64,000 bases of DNA from an uncultured Candidatus Rokubacteria bacterium (GCA_963762145.1 CAVXJS010000021.1:1120001-1184000), one strand, 5' to 3'; positions 9,531 to 19,438 are shown, counted from the stretch's first letter. A program made the numbers and translations. Notes: generated by a model from the letters alone, not told the origin.

Positions 9531-11624
9531 CTATCGGTTGAGCCGGGCCCGCGCGTCCACCGCCACCGCGCCTGAGGGCCCGACCGTCAAGGGGTTGATC
9601 TCGATCTCCGCCAGCTCGGGGAGATCCACCAAGAGTTGCGAGAAACGGCTGACGAGCGCGGCGAGGGCCTCACGGTCCACGGGCGGCTCACCCCGCGTGC
9701 CGCGAAGCAGGGGCGCCATCTTGAGCTCGTCGAGCATCACCATGGCCTCGGCCGAGGATACCGGAGCGAGGCGCGCCGTGGTATCCGAGAAGACCTCGAC
9801 GTAGATCCCCCCGAATCCGACCATCACGAGGGGCCCGAACTGCTCGTCGCGCACGCCGCCCAGCAGGAGCTCCTTCCCGGCGGCCGCCATGGCCTCGACC
9901 AGGACACCACGGATCGCCGCCGCCGGTCGCTCGATGGCGACCCGCCGGAGCATGCTCTCGGCGGCTTCGCGCACGGCCCGAGCGTCCCGGAGTCCCAGGG
10001 CCACCCCGCCTACCTCCGTCTTGTGGGTAATGTCCGGCGACACGATCTTGAGCGCGACCGGGAAGCCGACCGCCTCGGCCACGGCCGCGGCATCCGCGGC
10101 GCTGGCCGCCACGCGCGCGGCGAGCCGCGGGATGCTGTAGGCGTCGAGCAGCGGTGCCAGCTCCGGCGTGCCGAGCTGCCGCCCCGCCACGGGGCCGAGC
10201 CCCGCGAGCCAGGCGCGCGAGCGCGCCGGATCGACCGGGCGCGCAGGAGGAACGTCCAGCCGCGCTCGTCGCGCTGCGAGCCGCGCCATTCCGGCCAGCG
10301 CCTTGACCGCCGTCTCGGGGAAGGCGTAGCAGGGAATGCCGGCTTCCTCGAGAACCCGAACGCCCGGCGCCACACGTGTCCCGCCCACGAAAGCGGCCGC
10401 GACCGGGATGGGCCAGCCGCGCGTCGCGCCGACGATCGTGCGCGCGATACTTGCCGCGTCGGTCGCGGCCTGGGGAGTAAGGAGTACGAGCATCGCGTCG
10501 GTGCTGTCCGTCCCGAGGGCGTGCAGCGCGTGGCCGTAACGGCGCGCGTCGGCGTCCCCCACCAGGTCCACCGGGTTGCCGAGCCCGGCGGTGGCGGGCA
10601 GACCCTCGGCCAGGCGTTGCCGGACGGCCTCGGCGAGCGGCGCGACGCTGAGCCCGGCCGCCCGCGCCGCATCGGTGGCCACGATGCCGAGCCCGCCGCC
10701 GTTGGTCACCACGATCAGGCGCCCGCCGCGCGGGAGCGGCTGGCTGGCCAGCCCGCGCGCGATATCGAAGAGCTCCTCCACCGTATCGACCCGGAGGGCG
10801 CCCGCCTGCCGGACGGCCGCGTCGAATGCCCGATCGGAGCCCGCGAGCGCGCCGGTATGCGAGGAGACGGCCCGGGCCCCCTCCGGGGAGCGACCCGCCT
10901 TCAGGAGAACGACCGGCTTCACGGCGGCGGCGCGGCGGAGGGCGCCGAGGAAGCGCTGGCCATCCGCGATCCCTTCGAGATAGCAGGCGATCACCCGCGT
11001 CTCCGGATCGGCGGCGACCGCGTCCAGGAGATCACTCTCGTTCAGGTCGGCCTGGTTGCCGAGAGAAGCGAAGAGCGAAAAGCCGACCCGACGATCGCGC
11101 GACCAGTCCAGGATCGCCACCGCCAGCGCCCCGGAGTGGGTGATGAAGGCGATGCCGCCCGGCTCGGGCATCCCGGGCGCGAACGTGACGTTGAGCCGGC
11201 AGGCCGGCCTGATCCAGCCGAGGCAATTGGGGCCGAGCACCCGGATCGGTTGATCTCGCAGCCACTCGCGCAGCTCGGCCTCTCGCCGCACACCCTCGCC
11301 GCCGGTCTCCCGGAAGCCGGCCGAGATCACCACCGCGCCACCGACCTGCTTGGCCGCGCAGTGCTTGAGCGCGGGCAAGACGTCCGCGGCGGGCACCGCG
11401 ATCACGGCCAGGTCCACGGGCCCCTCGACGTCGAGGAGGGAGCGCACCGCGGGCAGTCCCTGCACCGAGTCCGCGCGGGAGTTGATCGGGAGGATCCGCC
11501 CGCGGAAACCCGCCGAGCGCAGGTTGGCGACGACGCTGCCGCCGACCTTGTACGGATCGCGGGACGCGCCGATCACCGCCACGCTGGCGGGATCGAGGAA
11601 CGGAGCGAGCGAGCGGCCGCTCAT
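9531..11624 (-). CDS. acetate--CoA ligase (ADP-forming) family, fused alpha-beta
   Basis: VAVIGAS, LGPNCLG, SSHTGALAG (phospho-His), ATP-grasp THKTEVGGV, EIEINPL. Confidence 0.92.
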   Translation of the reverse strand: MSGRSLAPFLDPASVAVIGASRDPYKVGGSVVANLRSAGFRGRILPINSRADSVQGLPAVRSLLDVEGPVDLAVIAVPAADVLPALKHCAAKQVGGAVVISAGFRETGGEGVRREAELREWLRDQPIRVLGPNCLGWIRPACRLNVTFAPGMPEPGGIAFITHSGALAVAILDWSRDRRVGFSLFASLGNQADLNESDLLDAVAADPETRVIACYLEGIADGQRFLGALRRAAAVKPVVLLKAGRSPEGARAVSSHTGALAGSDRAFDAAVRQAGALRVDTVEELFDIARGLASQPLPRGGRLIVVTNGGGLGIVATDAARAAGLSVAPLAEAVRQRLAEGLPATAGLGNPVDLVGDADARRYGHALHALGTDSTDAMLVLLTPQAATDAASIARTIVGATRGWPIPVAAAFVGGTRVAPGVRVLEEAGIPCYAFPETAVKALAGMARLAARRARLDVPPARPVDPARSRAWLAGLGPVAGRQLGTPELAPLLDAYSIPRLAARVAASAADAAAVAEAVGFPVALKIVSPDITHKTEVGGVALGLRDARAVREAAESMLRRVAIERPAAAIRGVLVEAMAAAGKELLLGGVRDEQFGPLVMVGFGGIYVEVFSDTTARLAPVSSAEAMVMLDELKMAPLLRGTRGEPPVDREALAALVSRFSQLLVDLPELAEIEINPLTVGPSGAVAVDARARLNR

Positions 11625-12034
11625 GCGCCCTCCGCGATCGCGAGGAGCGCTTCGAGCGCATCGGGTGCCGTGAAGATCCCGACGATCTGGTTGCCCTGCC
11701 GGACCGGCAGGGCGCCGATCCGCTGCTCGAGCAGCAGCCGCGCCGCCGTGACCAGCGGCGTCTCGGGCGCCACGCTCACCGGGCCCTCGCTCATGATGGA
11801 CCCGACCGAACCAGCCAGAAGGGGCGAATCCAGATCGCGCGTGACGAGACGCCGCAGATCCCGGCTGGAGAGGATGCCGGTCAGCACCGGGCCGTCCTGG
11901 ACCAAGAGGTGACGGACCTCGGCGCCCTGCATGAGCGACACCGCGTCCCGGATCGGGGTGTCCTCGCTGACCGCCATCGGGGCCTTGCTCATCCAGTCCC
12001 CGACCGATCCTCCCGTCCCTTTCTCGGTGCGCAT
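11621..12034 (-). CDS. CBS-pair protein
   Basis: VRHLLV..GILSSRDLR..GALPV. Confidence 0.88.
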   Translation of the reverse strand: MRTEKGTGGSVGDWMSKAPMAVSEDTPIRDAVSLMQGAEVRHLLVQDGPVLTGILSSRDLRRLVTRDLDSPLLAGSVGSIMSEGPVSVAPETPLVTAARLLLEQRIGALPVRQGNQIVGIFTAPDALEALLAIAEGA

Positions 12035-12044
12035 CGCGGGCCGC

Positions 12045-12485
12045 TCAGGCCGGCTCCCGCACCGTGAGCACGGGGCACGGCGCGAGGCGCACGACGCGGT
12101 CGGCGACGCTCCCGAGGAGCGCCCGGGCGATCCCGCCGCGGCCGTGGGTGCCGATCACGATGAGGTCGGCCCGCTCGTCCCCGGCCAGCGCCACGATCTC
12201 CTGGTGAGGAACGCCGGTGCGGAGCGCCGCGCGCGCGCCGAGCCCCGCCCCGCGCGCCTTGCCCACCAGTTCCTCCAGGGCCGCGTCGGCCCACGTGCGG
12301 GCTCCTTCCCGGACCTTGCGCGCGGTCTCGATATTGAAAATCCCCTCCCCGTACAGGGGCACCTCCGTCAGCACATGAGTCAGGATCAACTCGCTGCCGG
12401 GCGCCGCCGCAAGCCGCTTGGCCAGCTCCCACGCTTCCTTCGCGCAATCCGAGAAGTCCGTCGCCACCACGATGCGATAGAACAT
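12045..12485 (-). CDS. universal stress protein
   Basis: IVVATDFS, GTHGRGG..LGSVADRVVR. Confidence 0.93.
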   Translation of the reverse strand: MFYRIVVATDFSDCAKEAWELAKRLAAAPGSELILTHVLTEVPLYGEGIFNIETARKVREGARTWADAALEELVGKARGAGLGARAALRTGVPHQEIVALAGDERADLIVIGTHGRGGIARALLGSVADRVVRLAPCPVLTVREPA

Positions 12486-12508
12486 GTGCGCCTCCTGGTG
12501 GGCAGAAT

Positions 12509-12524
12509 TGCAACCGAGGTGCCA
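12509..12524 (-). promoter_or_regulatory. sigma54 promoter
   Basis: TGGCAC-CTCGG-TTGCA. Confidence 0.88.
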
Positions 12525-12540
12525 GCTACAAATGCTCTAC

Positions 12541-12553
12541 ATTCAACCCGTTA
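12541..12553. promoter_or_regulatory. IHF-like site
   Basis: ATTCAACCCGTTA vs consensus WATCARNNNNTTR. Confidence 0.55.
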
Positions 12554-12576
12554 CAGGACCGGACCTGGCTGCCTCG

Positions 12577-12613
12577 CGCGGCAGCCGTGTCCCGCTGAGG
12601 CGCCGCCGCCCCA
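12577..12613. promoter_or_regulatory. tandem candidate UAS
   Basis: CGCGG-N8-TCCCG and TGAGG-N8-CCCCA, starts 19 bp apart. Confidence 0.65.
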
Positions 12614-12617
12614 GGTC

Positions 12618-12646
12618 TTGAAGGGCCCACCCTCCTGGCTCACAAT
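12618..12646 (+). promoter_or_regulatory. sigma70-like promoter of the kinase
   Basis: TTGAAG-N17-CACAAT. Confidence 0.45.
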
Positions 12647-12655
12647 GCAGCCGGC

Positions 12656-14809
12656 ATGGCTCAGCGGCCCGTCGGCGTGATCTCCTGGCTCCTCCAGAAC
12701 CGAACGAGCGTGGCGTTTTCCGTGGCCGCCGCCCTCGTGCTGGCCATCGCCGTCATCGCGCTCGGCGCGCTCGACCTCGCGGAGCAGTACCAGACGGTGC
12801 GCCAGACCGGACAGGTCCTCGGTGAGCTGGATGGCGTCCTCTCGGCGGTGACCGATGCCGAGACCGGACAGCGCGGCTTCCTGATGACCGGCGACGAGCG
12901 CTATCTCGCCCCGTATCTCACCGCGTTCGACTCCGCGTCGACACACCTGGGGACCCTCCGTAGCTTGACCGAGGGCAATGCGCGCCAGCGGCGGCACGTC
13001 GACGCCCTGGAGCCGATCGTGATGGGCAAGCTCGCCGAGCTGCGCGACACCGTCCAGCTCGGCCGTGAGCGGCGAACCGACGTCGCGATCCAGCGGCTGC
13101 TCACGGGTCGCGGCCTGCAGCTCATGGGCCAGGTTCGATCCACCGTCGCCGCCATGAAGGCGGAGGAGCGACAGAACCAGGCCGAGCAATCGACCGGGTA
13201 CGCGAAGCAGTTCCGCCGGACGTTCCTCGGGCTGGCCGCCCTGGCATGGCTGACCCTTGGCCTGCTCCTGGTCGTCCTCTTCGAGTATCGACGGCGGGCG
13301 GGAGAGATCCAGACCACCCGGGATGCCCTGCAGAGCCAGGTCGCCGAGCACGAGCGGACGAGCGCTCTGCTCGCGTCGATCGTACAGTCGTCCGACGACG
13401 CGATCATCGGACTGGGACTCGATGGGCGCGTGCTCACGTGGAATGGGGGGGCCGAGCGACTGTACGGATACCGGGAGGGCGACATCCGGAGCCGGCCGTT
13501 CGACATCCTGTCCCCGGACCGGCGGAAGGACGAGGTCACGGCTTGCCTCCGCCGCGTCCTCCGGGATCAGGCGGTCGAGCGGATCGAAGCCGAGCAGACG
13601 ACTCGACAGGGGCGACCGCTAACCGTCCTCATGACGATCTCGCCGATCCGCGACGTCGCCGGGGCCGTCATCGGCGCCTCCATCGTGGCGCGCGACACCA
13701 CCGCGCGCAAGGCGGCCGAGGAGTCGCTGCGTCGCAGCGAGGCCACGTCCCGGGCGTTCCTGGAATCCGCTTCCGAGAGCATCGTGGTCGCGGACGCGGC
13801 CGGCCGCATCGTACTGGTCAACGCCCGGACCGAGACGATGTTCGGCTACACACGCGCGGAATTAATAGGACAGCCGGTCGAGACGCTGATCCCGGCCCCG
13901 CTCCGCGAGCGGCACGTCGCTCATCGCAGCACCTACATGGCGGCGCCTCGGATCCGCTCGATGGGCCGGGGCCTCGACCTGGCCGGACTCAGGAAGAACG
14001 GGACCGAGTTTCCGGTCGAGGTGAGCCTGAGCTATGTGGAGACCGACGAGGGCACGCGCGCCATCGCTTTCGTCACCGACATCAGCGAGCGGGTGGCCTT
14101 CCAGCGGGCCGCCCGTCAGGCCGACAAGCTGGCCGCCCTGGGCACGCTGTCGGCCGGCATCGCCCACGAGATCAACAACCCCATCGGGATCATCAGCTCG
14201 CGCGTCGAGGTCATGATGCTCGAGGCCGGGGAAGACGGGCTGCCGACCGAGGTGCGGACGGATCTCGAGGTCGTTCTCCGGCACGCCCGGCGCGTGGCTA
14301 CGATCACGCAGGGACTCCTGTCTTTCGCCCGTCAGTCGGCCGGCTCGCGGGGCCCCGTGAACCTGACTGAGGTGGTAAAGGAGATCGTCCAGCTCGTCGG
14401 CAAGGACATGAGCCGGGCGCGGGTCCAGGTCACGACCAAGCTGGACGAGACCACGCCCACGTTCCTGGCCGACGGCAACGCGATCGGGCAGGTGGTGCTC
14501 AACCTGCTCACGAACGCCCGGGGCGCCATGCCCGAGGGTGGCGAGATCACGATCGAGACCAGCCATCTGGCCGCGGTCCGGGCCATCCGCCTCACCGTCC
14601 GGGATACCGGCTCCGGGATTCCCCCCGAGCTCCTGCCGAAGATCTTCGATCCGTTCTTCACCACGAAGTCGGAAGGTACCGGGCTCGGCCTCTCGATCAG
14701 CCACGGTATCGTGCACGATCATCACGGGACGCTGGACGTTAGCTCCGAGGTCGGCAAGGGCAGCACGTTCACCTTGACCTTCCCGCTCGACGCCGCGCCC
14801 GGGAGCTGA
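12656..14809 (+). CDS. CHASE3-PAS-PAS histidine kinase, second PAS FixL-like
   Basis: [69 protein letters not shown]. Confidence 0.93.
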   Translation: MAQRPVGVISWLLQNRTSVAFSVAAALVLAIAVIALGALDLAEQYQTVRQTGQVLGELDGVLSAVTDAETGQRGFLMTGDERYLAPYLTAFDSASTHLGTLRSLTEGNARQRRHVDALEPIVMGKLAELRDTVQLGRERRTDVAIQRLLTGRGLQLMGQVRSTVAAMKAEERQNQAEQSTGYAKQFRRTFLGLAALAWLTLGLLLVVLFEYRRRAGEIQTTRDALQSQVAEHERTSALLASIVQSSDDAIIGLGLDGRVLTWNGGAERLYGYREGDIRSRPFDILSPDRRKDEVTACLRRVLRDQAVERIEAEQTTRQGRPLTVLMTISPIRDVAGAVIGASIVARDTTARKAAEESLRRSEATSRAFLESASESIVVADAAGRIVLVNARTETMFGYTRAELIGQPVETLIPAPLRERHVAHRSTYMAAPRIRSMGRGLDLAGLRKNGTEFPVEVSLSYVETDEGTRAIAFVTDISERVAFQRAARQADKLAALGTLSAGIAHEINNPIGIISSRVEVMMLEAGEDGLPTEVRTDLEVVLRHARRVATITQGLLSFARQSAGSRGPVNLTEVVKEIVQLVGKDMSRARVQVTTKLDETTPTFLADGNAIGQVVLNLLTNARGAMPEGGEITIETSHLAAVRAIRLTVRDTGSGIPPELLPKIFDPFFTTKSEGTGLGLSISHGIVHDHHGTLDVSSEVGKGSTFTLTFPLDAAPGS

Positions 14810-14861
14810 TCGTGCAGCGCGCCAGGGCGATGGCTACGAGCCAGGTCGGATCGGCCGGCCG

Positions 14862-15764
14862 ATGAACGCACCGGAACCCGGGGCCCGTGTCGAGATCCCC
14901 GCGGCCCGTCTGGACGCCCTGCTCCCGCCCGAGATGGCGGAGCGCGCCGAGGAGATCGGGCGTCCGCAAGGTCGCACATGGATCTGCCCCGCCTGTTCAC
15001 GCTCGCGGTCCTTGCCGGGGCGTTCATCGCGCTCGGCGGCGTGTTCGCCACCACCGCGCTGGCCGGCGCCGGCGGCTCCCTGGGGGCCGGTCCGGGTGCT
15101 CGCGGGCGCCGTCTTCAGCCTCGGGCTCATCCTCGTCGTGGTGGGCGGGGCGGAGCTCTTCACCGGGAACAACTCTCGTCGTGATGGCGTGGGCGGGCGG
15201 CCGGGTCCGCACCGCGGCCCTCCTGCGGAACTGGCTCGTCGTCTTCGCGGGGAACTTTGTCGGCGCGACCGCCACCGCGCTTGCGGTGGCCCTGGCGGGC
15301 ACCCATCTGGGGGCGAGGGCGCCTTCGGCGTCGCCGCGTTCGCCGTCGCCTACGCCAAGCTCCAGCTCGGCTTCGTCCAGGCCGTCGTTCTCGGCATGCT
15401 CGGCAACGCGCTGGTGTGCCTCGCGGTCTGGCTCACCTACAGCGCGCGAACGACCGCCGACCGGATCCTCGCGATCGTGCCCCCGATCAGCGCCTTCGTG
15501 GCCGCCGGGTTCGAGCACTCGATCGCGAACATGTACTTCGTGCCGCTACGCGCTTTCGTGGCGGCTCTGGATCCGGGCTTCGTGACCGCCCGAGGGCTTG
15601 GACCCCAGGCGGCCTCGCTGACGTGGATCGCGTTTCTCGGTCGCAACCTCCTGCCGGTCACCATCGGCAACATCGTCGGCGGCGCGGGCCTGGTAGGTGC
15701 CGTCTACTGGTTCGCGTACCTCCGGCCCCGAGGCCCGGCGGCCGGGGGCCGGGCCAGAGGATAG
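14862..15764 (+). CDS. formate/nitrite transporter (FNT), several frameshifts
   Basis: LAVLAGAFIALG, GAELFTGN, GNALVCLAVW, FVAAGFEHSIANM, VTIGNIVGG across different frames. Confidence 0.85.
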   Translation: MNAPEPGARVEIPAARLDALLPPEMAERAEEIGRPQGRTWICPACSRSRSLPGRSSRSAACSPPPRWPAPAAPWGPVRVLAGAVFSLGLILVVVGGAELFTGNNSRRDGVGGRPGPHRGPPAELARRLRGELCRRDRHRACGGPGGHPSGGEGAFGVAAFAVAYAKLQLGFVQAVVLGMLGNALVCLAVWLTYSARTTADRILAIVPPISAFVAAGFEHSIANMYFVPLRAFVAALDPGFVTARGLGPQAASLTWIAFLGRNLLPVTIGNIVGGAGLVGAVYWFAYLRPRGPAAGGRARG

Positions 15765-15773
15765 GCTTGCGGC

Positions 15774-16181
15774 TCAGTGCCCGGCCAGGTACTCGAAGAC
15801 CGGCGGCCAGATCAAGGTGGTCGCCACGCCGACGCCCATGAGGAACACGACCAGCCACACCGACAGCCTCATGTCGCGGCCGCGGAGCGCATAGTGGAGG
15901 AGCACCCAGCTCGCCAGCCAGGCGACCAGCGAGATCGTCTCCTTGCCCGAGTAAGGCCCGATGCCTTCCGCCCCCGGCATCCAGAGCTTCCCGATGCCGT
16001 GCACCCACGCGTTGAACGGCTTGGACGCGGCCGTGAACACGTTCACCACCGCGAGCGCGAGCATGCCCAGCATCGCGGCCATCAGCGCCGCGACTGCCAC
16101 ACCACCAGGCACCATCTTCGCGTCCTTCGACCAGGCCACCTCGGCCCGGCCTTCGTTCTCTTCCAGCAACTTCTGGCTCAT
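15774..16181 (-). CDS. uncharacterised membrane protein (IGPYSGKE)
   Basis: MSQKLL.. three hydrophobic segments; RBS present. Confidence 0.75.
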   Translation of the reverse strand: MSQKLLEENEGRAEVAWSKDAKMVPGGVAVAALMAAMLGMLALAVVNVFTAASKPFNAWVHGIGKLWMPGAEGIGPYSGKETISLVAWLASWVLLHYALRGRDMRLSVWLVVFLMGVGVATTLIWPPVFEYLAGH

Positions 16182-16198
16182 GGTCTGCTCCTCTCCGC

Positions 16199-16804
16199 TC
16201 AGGCCGGGCGTAGCTTGGTGACCGCGGCGCCGAGGCCGAAGGCAATCACCAGGTAGAAGAACGCGAGGCCCATCAGCACCGCCACCGTGTAGCGGAGCCA
16301 GGGCCGGTCGAGCACCTGCGCGCCGTACCGCCACAGGATGAACGCGGCCACGACGGTGAGCGGCAGCGTGAAGAGCGCGCCGAACTCCTTGAACTCGAAG
16401 AAGATCCGATGGATCTCCGGTGCGTTCTTGACGAAGAACGAGCGGGGACTTTCCGGGATCGGAGCCCGGTAGTAGATGTACAGCCAGTTACCGAAGATGA
16501 TCGCGATCAACGAGCAGGTGGCGGCAACCACCGCCAGGAGCTGCAGGTCCGCGAAGGCCCGGATACGGCCGGTGAGCAGCCTCCACGCGAGGTAGAGTCC
16601 GATCGTTCCCATGAACAGGAACAGGAAGGCGGCCAGCCCGTGGAAGGCAGCCGGGACCGCGCCGGCGTGCTCGCCCAGCAGCTTGGCGAACGGCGCCGTC
16701 ACGAGGGTGAAGCCAAGCGCGCTCACGATCATCACCACCACCACGGCGATCAGCGAGCGCGTCGATGCTTCCTTCAGGTCATGACGCTCGGACATCATAC
16801 TCAT
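16199..16804 (-). CDS. uncharacterised 5-TM membrane protein (FHG; IH..FEFKE)
   Basis: MSMMSERH..; GAGGAGG RBS; hydrophobic helices. Confidence 0.8.
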   Translation of the reverse strand: MSMMSERHDLKEASTRSLIAVVVVMIVSALGFTLVTAPFAKLLGEHAGAVPAAFHGLAAFLFLFMGTIGLYLAWRLLTGRIRAFADLQLLAVVAATCSLIAIIFGNWLYIYYRAPIPESPRSFFVKNAPEIHRIFFEFKEFGALFTLPLTVVAAFILWRYGAQVLDRPWLRYTVAVLMGLAFFYLVIAFGLGAAVTKLRPA

Positions 16805-16878
16805 CGTGTCCTCCTCTCGGTCGAAGGCGGTTGGGCGATGCCAGCGGCGGCCGTCGACGTCGAATGCATTCCGCACTG

Positions 16879-16894
16879 TGCAATACTGGTGCCC
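16879..16894 (-). promoter_or_regulatory. sigma54 promoter
   Basis: GGGCAC-CAGTA-TTGCA; IHF-like ATTCGAGGGGTTG at 16911-16923. Confidence 0.82.
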
Positions 16895-16944
16895 CTACAG
16901 AACCTCATGTATTCGAGGGGTTGCACGCAGGGAACGTCGTGAGA

Positions 16945-16962
16945 TGGGGCGGCCGCTCCCCA
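16945..16962. promoter_or_regulatory. candidate UAS palindrome
   Basis: TGGGG-CGGCCGCT-CCCCA. Confidence 0.7.
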
Positions 16963-16995
16963 ATCAAGGCGCAGATGCCCCACACAGCATCGGAC

Positions 16996-17976
16996 CTACG
17001 GAACGATGACGGCGGCTCCGTCGATCGCATCGGCTTTGATCGCGCGCAGGGCTTCGTTGACCTGATCGAGCGGGAAGGCGGTCACCGAGGGGCGGAGCCC
17101 GATCGCGCTCGCGACCTTCAGGAACTCCCGCGCATCGGCTCGCGTCATGTTCGTCACGCTCCGGATCTGCCGCTCGCCCCATAGCAGACGGTCGTAGTCG
17201 AACTCGGGCATGCGATCCAGATGAATGGCATTGATCGCCACGACACCGCCCTTGCGCAGGCTCGCGAGGGCCGCGACGACGACGTCCCCACTCGGGGCGA
17301 ACGTGATCGCCCGATCGAGCGGGACCGGCGGGCGATGCGTGTCATCGCCGACCCACGTGGCTCCGAGGGAGACGGCCAGCCGACGGTGTGACGCCCCCCG
17401 CGTGGAGACAAACACCTCGCAGCTCCAGGACCGCAGCACGGCAAGCGCCAGATGCGCGGACGCCCCGAACCCGAAGAGGCCCACGCGCTCGCCGGCTTCG
17501 ACGCCGGCCACCCGCAGGCTGCGGAAGCCGATGATCCCGGCGCACAGTAGCGGCGCCGCCTGGAGATCGTCCAGCGCGCTGGGCAGTGGAACGACGAAAT
17601 CGCGGCGGGCGAGGGCGTATTCCGCATAGCCGCCGTCCACCGTGAAGCCGGTGAAGGTGGGCGAGTCGCACAGGTTCTCGTGGCCGCTCCGGCAGTAGCG
17701 GCAGTCCCCGTCCGTCCCGCCCAGCCACGAAACCCCGACGCGGGCACCAAGAGGCAGGCCGTCCGTCGCCCCACCCACGACCTCGCCCACGATCTGGTGG
17801 CCCGGTATCAGGCGATCGCGCACCGATCCCAGGTCGCCCTCGACCACGTGCAGGTCCGTGCGGCACACCCCACAGGCGCGCACGCTCAGGAGACAGTGTC
17901 CGGGGATGAGCTGCGGATCCGGGACGTCCCCGATCTCCAGAGCTCGCGTGGGAGCGGACACAACGGCGGCCTTCAC
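16996..17976 (-). CDS. zinc-binding alcohol dehydrogenase family protein
   Basis: CGVCRTDLH, GHQIVG, CRYC..ENLC, LLCAGIIG, GFGASAH. Confidence 0.93.
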   Translation of the reverse strand: MKAAVVSAPTRALEIGDVPDPQLIPGHCLLSVRACGVCRTDLHVVEGDLGSVRDRLIPGHQIVGEVVGGATDGLPLGARVGVSWLGGTDGDCRYCRSGHENLCDSPTFTGFTVDGGYAEYALARRDFVVPLPSALDDLQAAPLLCAGIIGFRSLRVAGVEAGERVGLFGFGASAHLALAVLRSWSCEVFVSTRGASHRRLAVSLGATWVGDDTHRPPVPLDRAITFAPSGDVVVAALASLRKGGVVAINAIHLDRMPEFDYDRLLWGERQIRSVTNMTRADAREFLKVASAIGLRPSVTAFPLDQVNEALRAIKADAIDGAAVIVP

Positions 17977-18410
17977 GCTTCCGTTCCGGTCTCGTCCCCG
18001 AAGGTCGTGCCGATGGCACGGGCGGCGGCCACGCGCTCGTCCTGCGGGTCCACTCGCTTCGGCCGCGAGAGGACATCCGCCAGGGACACGCGCTCGATCC
18101 GGGCGCCCCGGAGCGCGACCATGCGGCCCGACTCTCCGTCCGCCAGCGCCGCCACCGCCGCGACGCCAAAACGGGTCGCGAGCATCCGGTCGAACGGAGT
18201 GGGCGAGCCGCCTCGCTGAACGTGGCCGAGCACCGCGAAGCGCACCTCGAAGGGGACGAGGCTCTCGAGCGCGTGAGCGAGTACCACCCCCGCGCCGCCG
18301 AGCCGCCCCAGCGCCATCCGGAACGCGGGACGCGAGGCGGGCGAGAAGTCCGTCGCGTGGAGAATCCGCCGGAGTGCTCTCGGGGCGCGCGCGGTGGAGC
18401 GGCGTCTCAT
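17973..18410 (-). pseudogene. chimera: USP N-terminus fused to 6-phosphofructokinase C-terminus
   Basis: RRILHATDFSPASRPAF followed by VLGHVQRGGSPTPFDRMLATRFG..GRMVAL. Confidence 0.8.
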
Positions 18411-18721
18411 CGCAGGGATCCGAGGTACGCGGTGAGGGCCCGGACTTCGCTCTCGGTGAGCTGGAGCTTCGGCATGTGAGCGGGGCGCTGCGCGGACGGA
18501 TCGCGCAGCCAGCGACCGAGGTAGGCCTGATCGCGCTTCGCGCCGATGCGGGAGAGGTCAGGCCCGATGGCGGTACCCATCTTCTCCGCGGTGTGGCAGC
18601 CGTAGCAGCCCTGGTCGCGGAAAACCGTGCGGCCCTGACCGATCATCGCGGAGCCGTCCTGCGCCTGCGCGTACGACGCCAGCAGCACTACCGAGACGAG
18701 CGAGACGACGCGTACGATCAT
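18407..18721 (-). CDS. monoheme cytochrome c
   Basis: Signal peptide, CYGCH, GPDLSRIG, HMP (Met ligand). Confidence 0.9.
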   Translation of the reverse strand: MIVRVVSLVSVVLLASYAQAQDGSAMIGQGRTVFRDQGCYGCHTAEKMGTAIGPDLSRIGAKRDQAYLGRWLRDPSAQRPAHMPKLQLTESEVRALTAYLGSLR

Positions 18722-19089
18722 GAAATCAGCTCCTCAGCCTTCTGACAGGCAAGGCAGAACCGCGCGGCGGGCATGGCCCGCAGACGCGGGAGCGGAATGG
18801 CCTTCCCGCACGATTCACAGATGCCGTAGGCCCCGGAACCCAACCGGCGTAGCGCCTCGGCGACCTCATCCAGCTCCCGCTTGTCCTGACCGGCGAGACG
18901 CGAGACCAGCGCGGTGGTGGAAGCCGCCGCAGCCCGGTCGGTCAAGTCGCCGGGGCCCGGGACCTCGAGCCCCGCCATCTCCTCGTCGGTGGCCGCGACC
19001 GTCCGGAGCAGGGATTCGCGGGCCTCGAGGAGCCGACGGCGGAACTCGTCGGTCAGCCTCGCGTCCAGGTGTCCCGCCGAGCCGCTCAT
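18718..19089 (-). CDS. TraR/DksA C4 zinc-finger protein
   Basis: DLTDRA, YGICESCGKAIPLPRLRAMPAARFCLACQ. Confidence 0.9.
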   Translation of the reverse strand: MSGSAGHLDARLTDEFRRRLLEARESLLRTVAATDEEMAGLEVPGPGDLTDRAAAASTTALVSRLAGQDKRELDEVAEALRRLGSGAYGICESCGKAIPLPRLRAMPAARFCLACQKAEELIS

Positions 19090-19136
19090 ACCGCCACCGG
19101 CGCGATCACGACCATCAGGTCACTACGCGATACCAT
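19086..19136 (-). CDS. 16-aa upstream peptide coupled to the DksA-like gene
   Basis: AAGGAG RBS, MVSRSDLMVVIAPVAV, ATGA overlap. Confidence 0.45.
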   Translation of the reverse strand: MVSRSDLMVVIAPVAV

Positions 19137-19177
19137 GGCGTTCTCCTTTCGATCAGGCACGTCGGACGGAGGCAAAT

Positions 19178-19193
19178 TGCAAGGCAAGTGCCA
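19178..19193 (-). promoter_or_regulatory. sigma54 promoter
   Basis: TGGCAC-TTGCC-TTGCA; UAS-like TGGGG-N8-CCTCG at 19264-19281. Confidence 0.88.
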
Positions 19194-19438
19194 CTGAGCC
19201 GGTGTTAGAAAACACCACGTTGCGCCTAGGTGCGACGGGCCGCCTGAGGCGGTGGCTCCCGGCTGGGGCGCACGCGCCTCGCTGCCGTCTCGCCCCATCG
19301 TCAGTGGCGGTGGCCCGGAAGCGCCTCCCCCCTGGCCAACGCGATCGTGGGGCTCTGCACATGATGTCCTCCCGGGTTCGATCGAGTGTGTCCACTGTAG
19401 CCCCGGCCGGCCTCTCCGTCCGTGACCTGGGTCACGCA

